Below, piece by piece: positions 9,618 to 18,239 of a stretch of 64,000 nt of DNA. Each line of letters starts with the position of its first letter. Position 1 is the first letter of the stretch. Location: positions 817-64,816 of the forward strand of contig CABUBU010000004.1 in NCBI GenBank assembly GCA_902489795.1, in the 5' to 3' direction. A program made the translations under genes and the position numbers. The notes under the pieces were generated by a model. The model saw only the letters and a list, made by a program, of their open reading frames with translations, was not told where the DNA came from and did no database searches. This DNA comes from an uncultured Azospirillum sp. Its GTDB lineage: Bacteria; Pseudomonadota; Alphaproteobacteria; RF32; CAG-239.

Positions 9618-11318
9618 ATGAACGCCACTGCAAACACCACCAACCTGACCGACGGCATGCGGCTGACGGTCGAAGCACTCAAGAAAAACGGCATTGACAC
9701 CATTTTCGGCGTCGTCGGCATTCCGGTGACCGACCTGGCCCGCTATGCGCAAAAAGAAGGCATTCGCTATATCGGCTTTCGTCACGAACAGTCGGCCGGC
9801 AACGCTGCGGCCGCCAGCGGTTTTATCACCGGCCGGCCGGGAATTCTGCTTACCGTTTCCGCTCCCGGTTTCCTCAACGGCCTGGGCGCGCTGGCCAACG
9901 CTACCGTCAACGGCTTTCCCATGATTCAGATCAGCGGTTCCAGCGACCGCGCGATCATTGACCTTGAACAGGGCGATTACGAAGGGCTGGACCAGCTGAA
10001 CATCGCCCGTCCGTTTGCCAAGGCGGCCTACCGCGTCAACCGTCCAGAAGACATCTGCACCGGCCTGGTCCGAGCCGTCCGCGCCGCCGTGTCGGGACGT
10101 CCGGGCGGAGTTTATCTGGACCTGACAACGGCCATGCTGGCTGCCGAACTCGACCGGGACGCGGCAGCGGCTTCGCTTTTTTCACCGGTCGATCCGGCAC
10201 CGGCCATCATTCCCTCCGCCGATTCCGTCGAACGCGCGCTTAAGCTTTTGTCCGCGGCCGAAAAACCGCTGGTCATCCTCGGCAAAGGTGCCGCCTATGC
10301 GCAGGCAGACCGGGAAATCAGGGAATTTGTCGAAACAACCGGCGTTCCCTACCTGCCGATGTCAATGGCCAAGGGACTGCTGCCCGACGACCACCCGCAA
10401 AGCGCGGCCGCGGCACGTTCTTTCGTATTGGAAAACGCCGACGTGGTGATGCTGGTCGGTGCCCGCCTCAACTGGCTGCTCACTCACGGCCGGGGCAGAC
10501 ATTGGAATCCGCATAACAAATTCATCCAGCTCGACATTGATCCCGTCGAAATTGACAGCAACCGTCCGATCGCCGCGCCGGTGGTCGGCGACATCGCCTC
10601 TTCCGTGCGCCTGCTTTTGAACGGTCTGGAACGACACCCCGTCAGGGCTCCCGCGGACTGGCTCTCGGCCGTTGATGCCGCCAAACGGCCCAACGTTGCC
10701 AAAATGGAAGAAAAACTGAACGCCGAAGCTGCCCCGATGAACTTTTTCACCGCCCTGAACGCCGTGCGCAAAGTGCTCTCCGCGCACCGCGACATTTATC
10801 TGGTCAACGAAGGTGCCAACACGCTTGACGACACCCGCGACGTCATAAACATGTACCTGCCCCGCCGGCGGCTGGACTGCGGCACCTGGGGCGTCATGGG
10901 CATCGGCATGGGATTTGCCGTCGGTGCCGCCGTCACCGGCAAAAAACCGGTGGTGGCGATTGAAGGCGACAGCGCTTTCGGCTTCTCGGGCATGGAAATC
11001 GACACCATCTGCCGTTACAAACTGCCGGTAACGATCGTCGTTTTCAACAACGGCGGCATTTACCGCGGTGACGATCCCAATCTCGGCGGCGGCAGCGATC
11101 CCTCGCCCACTGCCCTGTCCTCTTCGGCCAGATATGACAAACTGATCGAAGCCTTCAGCGGCGCGGCTTACAATGCCGCCACGCCGCAGGAACTGGAAAA
11201 CGCCCTCTCCGCAGGTCTGGAATCCGGCCGGCCGACCCTGATCAACTGCGTCATCGACCCGGCCGCCGGCACCGAAAGCGGGCATATCGGCAGCCTTAAC
11301 CCCAAAACGCTCGTTTAA
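9618..11318 (+). CDS. oxc: oxalyl-CoA decarboxylase (ThDP-dependent)
   Basis: Shared motifs with Oxc/YfdU: LTDGMRLTVEALKKNGIDTIFGVVGIPVTDLA, FRHEQSAGNAAAASG, LTVSAPGFLNG, SGSSDRAIIDLEQGDYEGLDQLNIARPFAKAAYRV, VRAAVSGRPGGVYLDL. ThDP motif GDSAFGFSGMEIDT...NNGG. Confidence 0.85.
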   Translation: MNATANTTNLTDGMRLTVEALKKNGIDTIFGVVGIPVTDLARYAQKEGIRYIGFRHEQSAGNAAAASGFITGRPGILLTVSAPGFLNGLGALANATVNGFPMIQISGSSDRAIIDLEQGDYEGLDQLNIARPFAKAAYRVNRPEDICTGLVRAVRAAVSGRPGGVYLDLTTAMLAAELDRDAAAASLFSPVDPAPAIIPSADSVERALKLLSAAEKPLVILGKGAAYAQADREIREFVETTGVPYLPMSMAKGLLPDDHPQSAAAARSFVLENADVVMLVGARLNWLLTHGRGRHWNPHNKFIQLDIDPVEIDSNRPIAAPVVGDIASSVRLLLNGLERHPVRAPADWLSAVDAAKRPNVAKMEEKLNAEAAPMNFFTALNAVRKVLSAHRDIYLVNEGANTLDDTRDVINMYLPRRRLDCGTWGVMGIGMGFAVGAAVTGKKPVVAIEGDSAFGFSGMEIDTICRYKLPVTIVVFNNGGIYRGDDPNLGGGSDPSPTALSSSARYDKLIEAFSGAAYNAATPQELENALSAGLESGRPTLINCVIDPAAGTESGHIGSLNPKTLV

Positions 11319-11336
11319 CACGGGAGGAAAAAGATT

Positions 11337-12296
11337 ATGCTGAACATCATGCTGACCGACCTGGTTCCCATTTTCGTCATTATGATTCTCGGTTACGTTT
11401 CCGGCAAAAAAGGCGAATTTAACGCCGCAAACGCCAGAAGCCTCAATCAGTTCGTCTTAAATTACGCTTTGCCGGCGGGACTTTTCGTTTCCATCGTCAA
11501 AGCCAACCGAGCCATGCTGTTTTCCGACATCCGCCTGTCGCTGGTCAGCCTCGGCGTTATCGTCGGCTGTTATTTCTGGTCTTATTTTTCCTGTCTGAAA
11601 TTTTTCAAACACAGCAAAGCCGAAGCTTCGATTGCCGGACTTGTCGGCGGTGCGCCGACTATCGGCTATCTGGGCTTTGCCGTGCTGGAACCCATTTACG
11701 GCACCAGCGCCACCGTCGGCCTGGTGGTTGCGGTGGTGGCCATCGTCGTCAACGCGATCACTATTCCGATCGCCCTCTACCTGCTCAACCCCGGACGGCA
11801 GTCGGCAAACGCCGCCGGCAATCCGCCGGTCAAGCCGTCAAACGCCCTCATCAACGCGTTGAAAGAACCGGTCTGCTGGTCACCGATACTGGCGGTCCTC
11901 ATCGTCTTGACGGGGTTCCGCTTTCCCGGCAGCCTGGATCCGGTTTTCAACCTGATTGCCAATGCCAACGCCGGCGTTGCCGTTTTCGCCGCAGGCATCA
12001 CCCTTTCGACCAACAAATTTGAGTTTAACGCGGAAGTGATTTACAACTCTTTTGTTAAACTGATCTTCATGCCGGCGGCAATGCTTGTCATCGGCCTGCT
12101 GACGGGAATGAACGGCGAAAAAGTGCAAATGCTGGTTTTATGCGGCGCGCTGCCGCCGGTTTTTTCCGGCATTATCATCGGCAGCCGTTTTCAGACTTAC
12201 GTACAGACGGGCACTTCTTCGCTCGCCGTCAGCACCTTCCTGTTTATGGCCACGGCGCCTTTGTGGATTTGGCTGTCCCGGCTGATTGCCGGATAA
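11337..12296 (+). CDS. AEC-family (auxin efflux carrier, PF03547-like) membrane transporter, YfdV-like
   Basis: ~10 TM segments, start [24 protein letters not shown] typical of the AEC family. Same position as yfdV after frc/oxc homologues in E. coli. Confidence 0.7.
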   Translation: MLNIMLTDLVPIFVIMILGYVSGKKGEFNAANARSLNQFVLNYALPAGLFVSIVKANRAMLFSDIRLSLVSLGVIVGCYFWSYFSCLKFFKHSKAEASIAGLVGGAPTIGYLGFAVLEPIYGTSATVGLVVAVVAIVVNAITIPIALYLLNPGRQSANAAGNPPVKPSNALINALKEPVCWSPILAVLIVLTGFRFPGSLDPVFNLIANANAGVAVFAAGITLSTNKFEFNAEVIYNSFVKLIFMPAAMLVIGLLTGMNGEKVQMLVLCGALPPVFSGIIIGSRFQTYVQTGTSSLAVSTFLFMATAPLWIWLSRLIAG

Positions 12297-12318
12297 AAAA
12301 GCCGCCACGGTCAAAAAA

Positions 12319-12346
12319 AATACCCGGCCTTCAACAGCCGGGTATT
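12319..12346 (-). terminator. intrinsic terminator (minus-strand T-run; may also stop the plus-strand operon)
   Basis: AATACCCGGC-cttcaaca-GCCGGGTATT, preceded on the plus strand by an A8 run (a T-run on the minus strand). Confidence 0.5.
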
Positions 12347-12363
12347 AAAAATGCCGCAAAAAA

Positions 12364-12855
12364 CTAAATGACCTTGGCCATAAAATATTCGTCGGCATAT
12401 TTGTCGCCGAAGCTGACCGCCTTCTTGCGGATTCCTTCCCGTTCATAATGATGCTTCTCAAACAGGGCGATCGCCGGAAGATTGTCGGTAACCACCGTAA
12501 TTTCCAGCCGTCCGATGCCCTTTTCCCTCGCCCAGTTTTCGGCAAAGGCGATCAGCTTGTCGGCAATTCCCTGCCGCTGACTGTCACGCAGCACGCCGAC
12601 AGTAAACCGGGCGGTATGCTGCAGCTTGGACAAATGGCTGCGGGAAATGCCGAGATAAGCGACGATTCGTTCGCCTTCGGTCGCCACGAAAACCTGTTTG
12701 TAGTCATCGTAATCCTCAATATATTTCTGTTCCTGTTTGGCTTTTTCCGCCGTTTCCTTCGGCGTAAACATCAGGTAGTCGCTTTCTTTGACCAGCTTTT
12801 CGTAAAACTCCACAAACTTTTCGGCATCGGCCGGTCTGATTTTTCTGATTTCCAT
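12364..12855 (-). CDS. GNAT-family N-acetyltransferase
   Basis: Motif A region VGVLRDSQRQGIADKLIAFAENWAREKGIGRLEITV (Q/R-x-x-G-x-G/A). Confidence 0.75.
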   Translation of the reverse strand: MEIRKIRPADAEKFVEFYEKLVKESDYLMFTPKETAEKAKQEQKYIEDYDDYKQVFVATEGERIVAYLGISRSHLSKLQHTARFTVGVLRDSQRQGIADKLIAFAENWAREKGIGRLEITVVTDNLPAIALFEKHHYEREGIRKKAVSFGDKYADEYFMAKVI

Positions 12856-13153
12856 AATATACCTCCAACTGATTGATTGTAAACGCCCCTTCCCCTCCTG
12901 TTCCGATAAGGTATTTTCGACTTTCTTTTTTTCAACCGCCGTTATCCGAAAGTTGAGAGCTGGACGGCCGCCGCCGCGTTTTCCGAAACCGTCGTTTTCC
13001 GCATTTCATCCGCTTGTGCCCAATGTCTTCTTTGACTTTTGTCGTCAAATTTCAGACAAAACAAAAAAATCCTTTACAAAAGCAAATAAATCCGTTAACA
13101 TTTAAAAATAGTCTAAAATGAGTAAAAGAATGACCGCATTAATATTAACATCC

Positions 13154-13242
13154 CTGCGCTTACGCAGATTGACACTGCGACGATGACTTGTCCGCAAAGG
13201 TAAGTTCGTCGCAAGATTTGAGTTTGCTCAAATCTTTTTTTT
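13154..13242 (+). promoter_or_regulatory. attenuator-like leader: mutually exclusive hairpins plus an intrinsic terminator abutting the downstream ORF
   Basis: Hairpin CTGCG-ctta-CGCAG (13154-13167). CGCAG can instead pair with CTGCG at 13175-13179, which overlaps the hairpin GCGACGA...TCGTCGC (13177-13212). Terminator AAGATTTGAG-tttg-CTCAAATCTT plus T8 lies at 13213-13242. Confidence 0.35.
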
Positions 13243-13275
13243 ATGTCAAATCTCAGAAAAACGCAGAGGTTCCAA

Positions 13276-14094
13276 ATGAGCACAAAACAGTTAACGGTCA
13301 AAAAATTAAACATTGAAAATTTAGCCGATGTTATGAAATTGCAACAAAAAATCATCGGCAACCTGCATCCTGACGAGCAGCACTTTATCCTGCACAGAAC
13401 AGCAGAAGACTACATGAAATCGCTTGACGGTCACAGCTCAAACATGCTGGGGGTCTTCGACGGCGAAACTTTAATTGCCCAAACGGTATACAGCCTGCCT
13501 CATAACGGCGAAAGCAGGGACATGCCCGAGTTTAAGCCGGAAATTGAAAACAAAGACCTGGTTTTGTACGAGGCCATCCTGGTCGATCCGGTTTACCGGG
13601 GTTCCAGCCTGATGAAAAGAATGCTCGAATATATCGAAAACAACGCCCTTGACAGCGGCAGGACTCATGCCATCATCCAAATTGCCGTCGACAACCCGGC
13701 CAGCTGGATTAACGCGCTGCATCACGGCATGTCTATTACCAAAGTCGACCGGGATCCTGCCGACGGAGCAAAAGTCATTTATCTGGAAAAAGATATTTCC
13801 CGGAAATCCGCGCCGGTTTCATTCCCCGTCCAAAACAATGCCCGGGTTTACAGCATGCACCTCGGGGAAAACATCCATGCGGCAATCCCCGCTCTTTTTC
13901 ACAAAATGCAGCATCTGATAAAAAACGGTTATCATGGGGTTGCCCTCAACAAAGAGAGCAAAAGTCTGATTTGGGAACAACAAAACGCCTCAAAAAGCAA
14001 CGGCCTTGCTCTCGCTCACACGCCCGAAGATAAAACATCTTCCTTTATCGATCCGTTTTCCCTGCTGTCCCGAAATAATACCACTCGGTATTGA
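13276..14094 (+). CDS. GNAT-domain protein with a ~90-aa C-terminal extension
   Basis: ILVDPVYRGSSLMKRMLEYIENNALDSGRTHAIIQIAVDNPASWINALHHGMSI is an acetyl-CoA-binding-like core. ATG at 13276 (MSTKQ) preferred over 13243. The 3' end overlaps the convergent deacylase gene by 50 nt. Confidence 0.6.
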   Translation: MSTKQLTVKKLNIENLADVMKLQQKIIGNLHPDEQHFILHRTAEDYMKSLDGHSSNMLGVFDGETLIAQTVYSLPHNGESRDMPEFKPEIENKDLVLYEAILVDPVYRGSSLMKRMLEYIENNALDSGRTHAIIQIAVDNPASWINALHHGMSITKVDRDPADGAKVIYLEKDISRKSAPVSFPVQNNARVYSMHLGENIHAAIPALFHKMQHLIKNGYHGVALNKESKSLIWEQQNASKSNGLALAHTPEDKTSSFIDPFSLLSRNNTTRY

Positions 14095-14905
14095 CCGGCG
14101 CCTGCAAGTTGGGCAGAAGAATAAAACCGTCATTTGAAGCGTACAACGCCTCTCCGTCATCATAAAGCGCAATACGTTCGCCCTTGCACACCGGATCCAG
14201 GTGCTTATAACTGCGGCAGAGCCTGCCTTCCTTGTTCTTGAGCACATAGCTCTCCATCCGGATGTGCTTTTTCGCCCGAGGCGCCGGCAGCGGCAAATCA
14301 ACCATCCCGAAGGCAGACAACGCGTTTACAATCGCTTGATAAGCCAGTTCGGCCGCCTGCGGATCTTTGTGATAACCGCACTCCAAAGTCGTGGCCGTGT
14401 TGCCGTACGCATGAGCGCACCATTCGGTGGAAAAGTCGCGGATTTCGGTCTGCCTGCCGTAAATGTCCGGCCAGCCTTCCAAAACAAAATCCACGGGCAG
14501 CGCATCGATCAGCTTTTGGTTATAAACATCGGGATAATCGCAAAAGGCAAAAGGAACATCGCCGACGCAATGCGTCGAATGCAAATCCAGCGTAAACCTG
14601 TGCTCCCGGATGAGAGGACAAATTTCATTGGCAAGTTTCTGCTCGTAAGACCGCGGATCGTCATGCACGGTCATCACCCGGTTCAAATTCTCGTCAATAT
14701 TGCGTACGTCCCGGCGGTACGCTTCCGGATTGCAAACCGGAACCAGCGTCATCTTCCCGTTTTTTAACGCCAGCACGCCGCGCTCAATTTCGTCAACGAT
14801 CCTGCGGCAGGCCTTTGTGCCGGCGGTTTCGTTGCCATGAACCGCCGCCAAAACCAACAGGCTCAGCCCGTCATGTTTCTCTTTGAACTCATGTTTTTCT
14901 ATCAT
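14045..14905 (-). CDS. succinylglutamate desuccinylase/aspartoacylase (AstE/AspA, M14-like zinc hydrolase) family protein
   Basis: LLVLAAVHGNETAGT zinc motif (H-x-x-E) and LDLHSTH second His motif. AAGGAGAG RBS before the ATG at 14905. Confidence 0.7.
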   Translation of the reverse strand: MIEKHEFKEKHDGLSLLVLAAVHGNETAGTKACRRIVDEIERGVLALKNGKMTLVPVCNPEAYRRDVRNIDENLNRVMTVHDDPRSYEQKLANEICPLIREHRFTLDLHSTHCVGDVPFAFCDYPDVYNQKLIDALPVDFVLEGWPDIYGRQTEIRDFSTEWCAHAYGNTATTLECGYHKDPQAAELAYQAIVNALSAFGMVDLPLPAPRAKKHIRMESYVLKNKEGRLCRSYKHLDPVCKGERIALYDDGEALYASNDGFILLPNLQAPVNTEWYYFGTAGKTDR

Positions 14906-15143
14906 TTTGTCATCTCTCCTTAACAGCATAATACATTTATCCGACAACTTTACAAGTGCCGATTTTTTTACTTATTCATTTCTTGCTGCACGCCGACAAC
15001 CGCCTCCGGCGGGAAAAAACAAATCCAGCAGCCAAAACTGTTAACTATGACAGGACTTGGCTGTTTTGATTTCAATTTAACTTGAAACATAATACAATAC
15101 ACGATACAATAATGTTATATTTTTCGAATTTGGAACTAACATT

Positions 15144-15938
15144 ATGAATTTTGAAAAGCTAAATGAAACAAACTGCCGGATCAGCAACATTCAGAACAAT
15201 GACAAAATTTTAATAGGAGGTTCATTTTTTGGCAAACTTGATTTGGCGGTTACGGCAGATATTGATAATTTTGAAAACTTTTTTAAAACAGCCGAAAAAA
15301 ATGCATCAAATTTTGAAAACAACAAGAACATGAAAAAATGGCTGGAAAGCTTTGCTCCTGATTTTGATGTCAAAATATTTTCCCATATGTATGCTTTTGA
15401 TAATATTTTAAGGAAAATGTACCCGGATTTATCTTCCAATATTTCCAAACGTCAAGATTTCTATGACAAAGAGGGAAGTAAAACCTTATCACAATCTTTT
15501 AATACAGGCGTATGCCAGTGTGCCGAAATAGCAATTTTAGCCCAAACATATTTCCAAAGACAAGGAATTGAAACAAAATATTTTGGTGGTGAATTATTGC
15601 GTTCGGCCAATGAAGAATTCGGCGAAGCACACAGCTTCATCACAATTAAATCAGAACAAAATGATTATATTTATGATCCTGCAAATCCAATGCTTAACTC
15701 CGGCATATACCTGCCACGAATATCTACTATAGAAGCCACGCCGTCTCAAAAGAAGCAATTTGAAAATAAAATACACACCGAAAACAACAGAAGAAACTGC
15801 GCCTTTCTGGAGGCTAAAAATATATTAACAAAATCCAGTTGGTATTATGGTTGTGGCGACGGTGCCAATGTATTTCCTTCATTTATTATTTCTAAAAATA
15901 ACATACATATTCCACCAACAAAAAAATACGAACTGTAG
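15144..15938 (+). CDS. hypothetical protein with a transglutaminase-like cysteine-peptidase core
   Basis: Ordered Cys-His-Asp candidates in the spacing typical of the transglutaminase-like fold: GVCQCAEIAILAQTYFQRQGI ... EAHSFITI ... YIYDPAN. AT-rich gene. Confidence 0.45.
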   Translation: MNFEKLNETNCRISNIQNNDKILIGGSFFGKLDLAVTADIDNFENFFKTAEKNASNFENNKNMKKWLESFAPDFDVKIFSHMYAFDNILRKMYPDLSSNISKRQDFYDKEGSKTLSQSFNTGVCQCAEIAILAQTYFQRQGIETKYFGGELLRSANEEFGEAHSFITIKSEQNDYIYDPANPMLNSGIYLPRISTIEATPSQKKQFENKIHTENNRRNCAFLEAKNILTKSSWYYGCGDGANVFPSFIISKNNIHIPPTKKYEL

Positions 15939-16039
15939 TCAAGGTATTGAAAAAAATACGAACTAACAAGTACGGAAGCTTCTCCCAAAACGCAATTTTT
16001 AAATTTGCGACACCTAAACCAGATTAAGCCTTGATTTAT

Positions 16040-16095
16040 AAATAGATACCCCCACTAAAACGGGGAAACTACAGCAGCTGCAGATCTAACGTTTT
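16040..16095 (+). repeat. 56-nt intergenic motif, copy A (copy B at 31279-31334)
   Basis: Ungapped hand alignment gives 42 of 56 identical positions. Both copies contain a C-rich/G-rich hairpin and the near-palindrome TA(C/T)AGC-A-GCT(G/A)(C/T)A, then CTAACGTTTT. Confidence 0.5.
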
Positions 16096-16312
16096 GAGCA
16101 TAATGGCAAAGAACTGCCTCCGATTAAATTCAGAATTAACTTACTTAACCAAACAGGAATAAAGAGTTAAAGAATTATGAACTACCGTTTGCAAACATCA
16201 CCGGCACCAAAGGAAACTCAAGACCTGCATTTGAGTGTGATGTTTGCAGGCGGAAATGTCGGTAATGATATGAAAGCAGACGGTTATAACGCTCTGGCCA
16301 AGGACGTGGATA

Positions 16313-16573
16313 TTAACGTTGGCGGAGATATGAGCCTCTCCGAACGCCGTGACTTTGGCAAGACGTTGATATCATTGGACTATTACAACACCCACAGGTT
16401 AGAAGTCCTCGTAAAATTCCCACTTCATTTTTCTTAAATAAACAAGTGCGTTCTCTTTTTTCTTTAGTTTTTAACATAAATTGCACAGCTTCAAAAGTTT
16501 GAGGTCTAACGATTGCCTGATGTTGACCGTCATATATGGCAAATGTCTTTTCCGGTGTTAAAGAATCATCCAT
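16313..16573 (-). pseudogene. fragment of a large serine recombinase (recombinase domain/zinc-ribbon region only)
   Basis: GQHQAIVRPQTFEAVQFML...LRGLLTCGCCNSPM resembles the H-x-x-I-I-x-x-x-x-F-x-x-V-Q ... L-x-G-L-L-x-C-G-x-C-G segment. The N-terminal resolvase catalytic domain and the C-terminus are missing. Confidence 0.55.
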
Positions 16574-16585
16574 TTTTTCAAGAAG

Positions 16586-16783
16586 CTATTTGGTTTTAGC
16601 ATCTAGCCTGCCAAAACGTAATTCCTGTAAACAGTGGGTAACACGCCATATAAAGAATTTTTTGCTTGTTGTTGCTTTGGGTGGCTCTTGATTATAAAGG
16701 GATAGATACAATTTTTTCAGTTCAGAAAAAGTAAGATTAAATATTTCTCTTAAATCAACATTCAAATCAGGCATTTTTATCAT
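16586..16783 (-). CDS. DUF2924-like small protein (usual partner of phage/ICE serine recombinases)
   Basis: SELKKLYLSLYNQEPPKATTSKKFFIWRVTHCLQELRFG matches the DUF2924 pattern (L-x-x-L-W ... p-P ... L-x-x-R-l-a-Y-r-l-Q-E). Confidence 0.45.
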   Translation of the reverse strand: MIKMPDLNVDLREIFNLTFSELKKLYLSLYNQEPPKATTSKKFFIWRVTHCLQELRFGRLDAKTK

Positions 16784-17266
16784 ACTGACCTCCTGCTTGA
16801 TGAATGTTTGGAATAACAGATAAGTCCAGTAGATTATTGCTGTTCACGTCACTTTCTTGCTCATTTAAAAGTTCGGTAACCGGAGCACTTAAAAGTTCTA
16901 ACAACTGCTCAAATTCAAAATTCACAAAACTCTCCTGTTATGATTAAACACAACAGGAACACCCGTTAAAAAATCAAAACTGTTTCCATTTTTTTTATTT
17001 TTGTTATGGTTAAGTGTTCGCTTATTTGTATGGCGCGCCATAAAGAACAAAAATCATCAAAAACGTAGCACATTGAAACAATACATTTTTTTCTCGATAT
17101 AAGCTCTGAGTAAAAGTATCTTTTTTGCCGATAAATTCAAAAAAACGCTCCCCAAAAAAGGATATAAAAAGAGAGATAAAGTTTAGACCAAGTAAGTCAA
17201 AACCGCGCAAATTGTGGGCTTTTGAGGGTACAAAAAAGCTCCGATTATTAATCGAAGCTTTAACAA

Positions 17267-17343
17267 TGGTGGGCCCTGCCTGACTCGAACAGGCGACCAG
17301 ACCGTTATGAGCGGCCTGCTCTAACCAACTGAGCTAAGGGCCC
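17267..17343 (-). tRNA. tRNA with anticodon CAT (Met, or Ile2 if lysidine-modified)
   Basis: Minus-strand sequence GGGCCCTTAGCTCAGTTGGTTAGAGCAGGCCGCTCATAACGGTCTGGTCGCCTGTTCGAGTCAGGCAGGGCCCACCA folds as a cloverleaf with encoded CCA. The body resembles E. coli ileX-type tRNA-Ile2, so Met versus Ile2 is unresolved. Confidence 0.85.
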
Positions 17344-17529
17344 GGCATTTGAAAACGGTTAAAAAATAGGCCAAATATTCTCCGAAGTCAAGCGCTTTTT
17401 GGGCACCCCGCCGATCCGCGCCGCGGGAAATGCGGAAACCGCGCCGAAAAGAATTGACTTCCCTTCTGCTTTACACTACAATTTCACTGCTTTACATACG
17501 GATTATGTTTAACTTTTAATTATATTATC

Positions 17530-18210
17530 ATGAACAAGATTGATGAAATCATCCAAAAATGGGGCAACAGGGAAGAAGCCTACCGCTTGTATCGTCTTGT
17601 CCTTTTTGACTATTACCTCACCCGCTATTTTGAACTGACGGAAAGAAAACTCGACGGAATTAAACATCACGGAATTAACGACAAAGCCCTGATCAACCTT
17701 TTGTTCGTCTGCCTCAACAGCGTGGAAAAGGAAAGCTGCGGCCTGTTTGAAGCGTTTCGTAATTTTAAAATCGTCTGCGGCTGGAGCCGGCGGATACTTA
17801 CCGTTTCGCAGCCCGACGTCGAACGTTTGTTCGTACTCATTCCCGAACACCGTTCCAATAACGGGAAATGGGAAAAACGCCCGGCCGGGCAACGGACAAA
17901 AATCTGGACGGCTCTCGGCGAAAAAAGAATTGCCGACTATATCCGGGATTCTTCGGTCGGACATTACGCGCGCCTGATTGACCGCGGCGTTGACGAAGTG
18001 CTGGAAAAACTGCCGCCGTACTGTCTGGTCGACCTGACGGCCGGACGCCGCGCTCAAAGCGAATGGGTCGAATGGATCAATCGCACCGCCCGAATGCACC
18101 TGACCAACGACATCGCCGTCGGATCCGCCGGCCGTTATTATGACATTTGCAAGCGCTTTTCGACGCAAATGCTGGAAGAAGACAAAATGCTCCTGCTGAG
18201 CGGCCTTTAG
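17530..18210 (+). CDS. hypothetical protein (226 aa)
   Basis: Plus-strand ORF has normal residue composition. The fully overlapping minus-strand ORF 17509..18243 has the F/V/G/R-rich composition of the shadow ORFs seen elsewhere in the window. Confidence 0.5.
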   Translation: MNKIDEIIQKWGNREEAYRLYRLVLFDYYLTRYFELTERKLDGIKHHGINDKALINLLFVCLNSVEKESCGLFEAFRNFKIVCGWSRRILTVSQPDVERLFVLIPEHRSNNGKWEKRPAGQRTKIWTALGEKRIADYIRDSSVGHYARLIDRGVDEVLEKLPPYCLVDLTAGRRAQSEWVEWINRTARMHLTNDIAVGSAGRYYDICKRFSTQMLEEDKMLLLSGL

Positions 18211-18239
18211 CGCATCCTGCCTCAAAAACACCGGACTTT

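Larger units (their letters stand above)
14950..17266. mobile_element. decayed integrative element remnant abutting the 3' end of tRNA(CAU)
   Basis: Visibly AT-rich relative to flanks. Carries orphan genes, a DUF2924-like gene and a truncated serine recombinase. No intact integrase and no flanking direct repeat found. Confidence 0.45.

Noticed and set aside
16040-16095. The 56-nt repeated motif as a tmRNA tag region or a conserved peptide-coding fragment
   Set aside because: Reading frames give short, dissimilar peptides without a canonical ...LAA-type end. No tRNA-like acceptor/T-arm flanks either copy, and no ORF continues into the motif on either strand.
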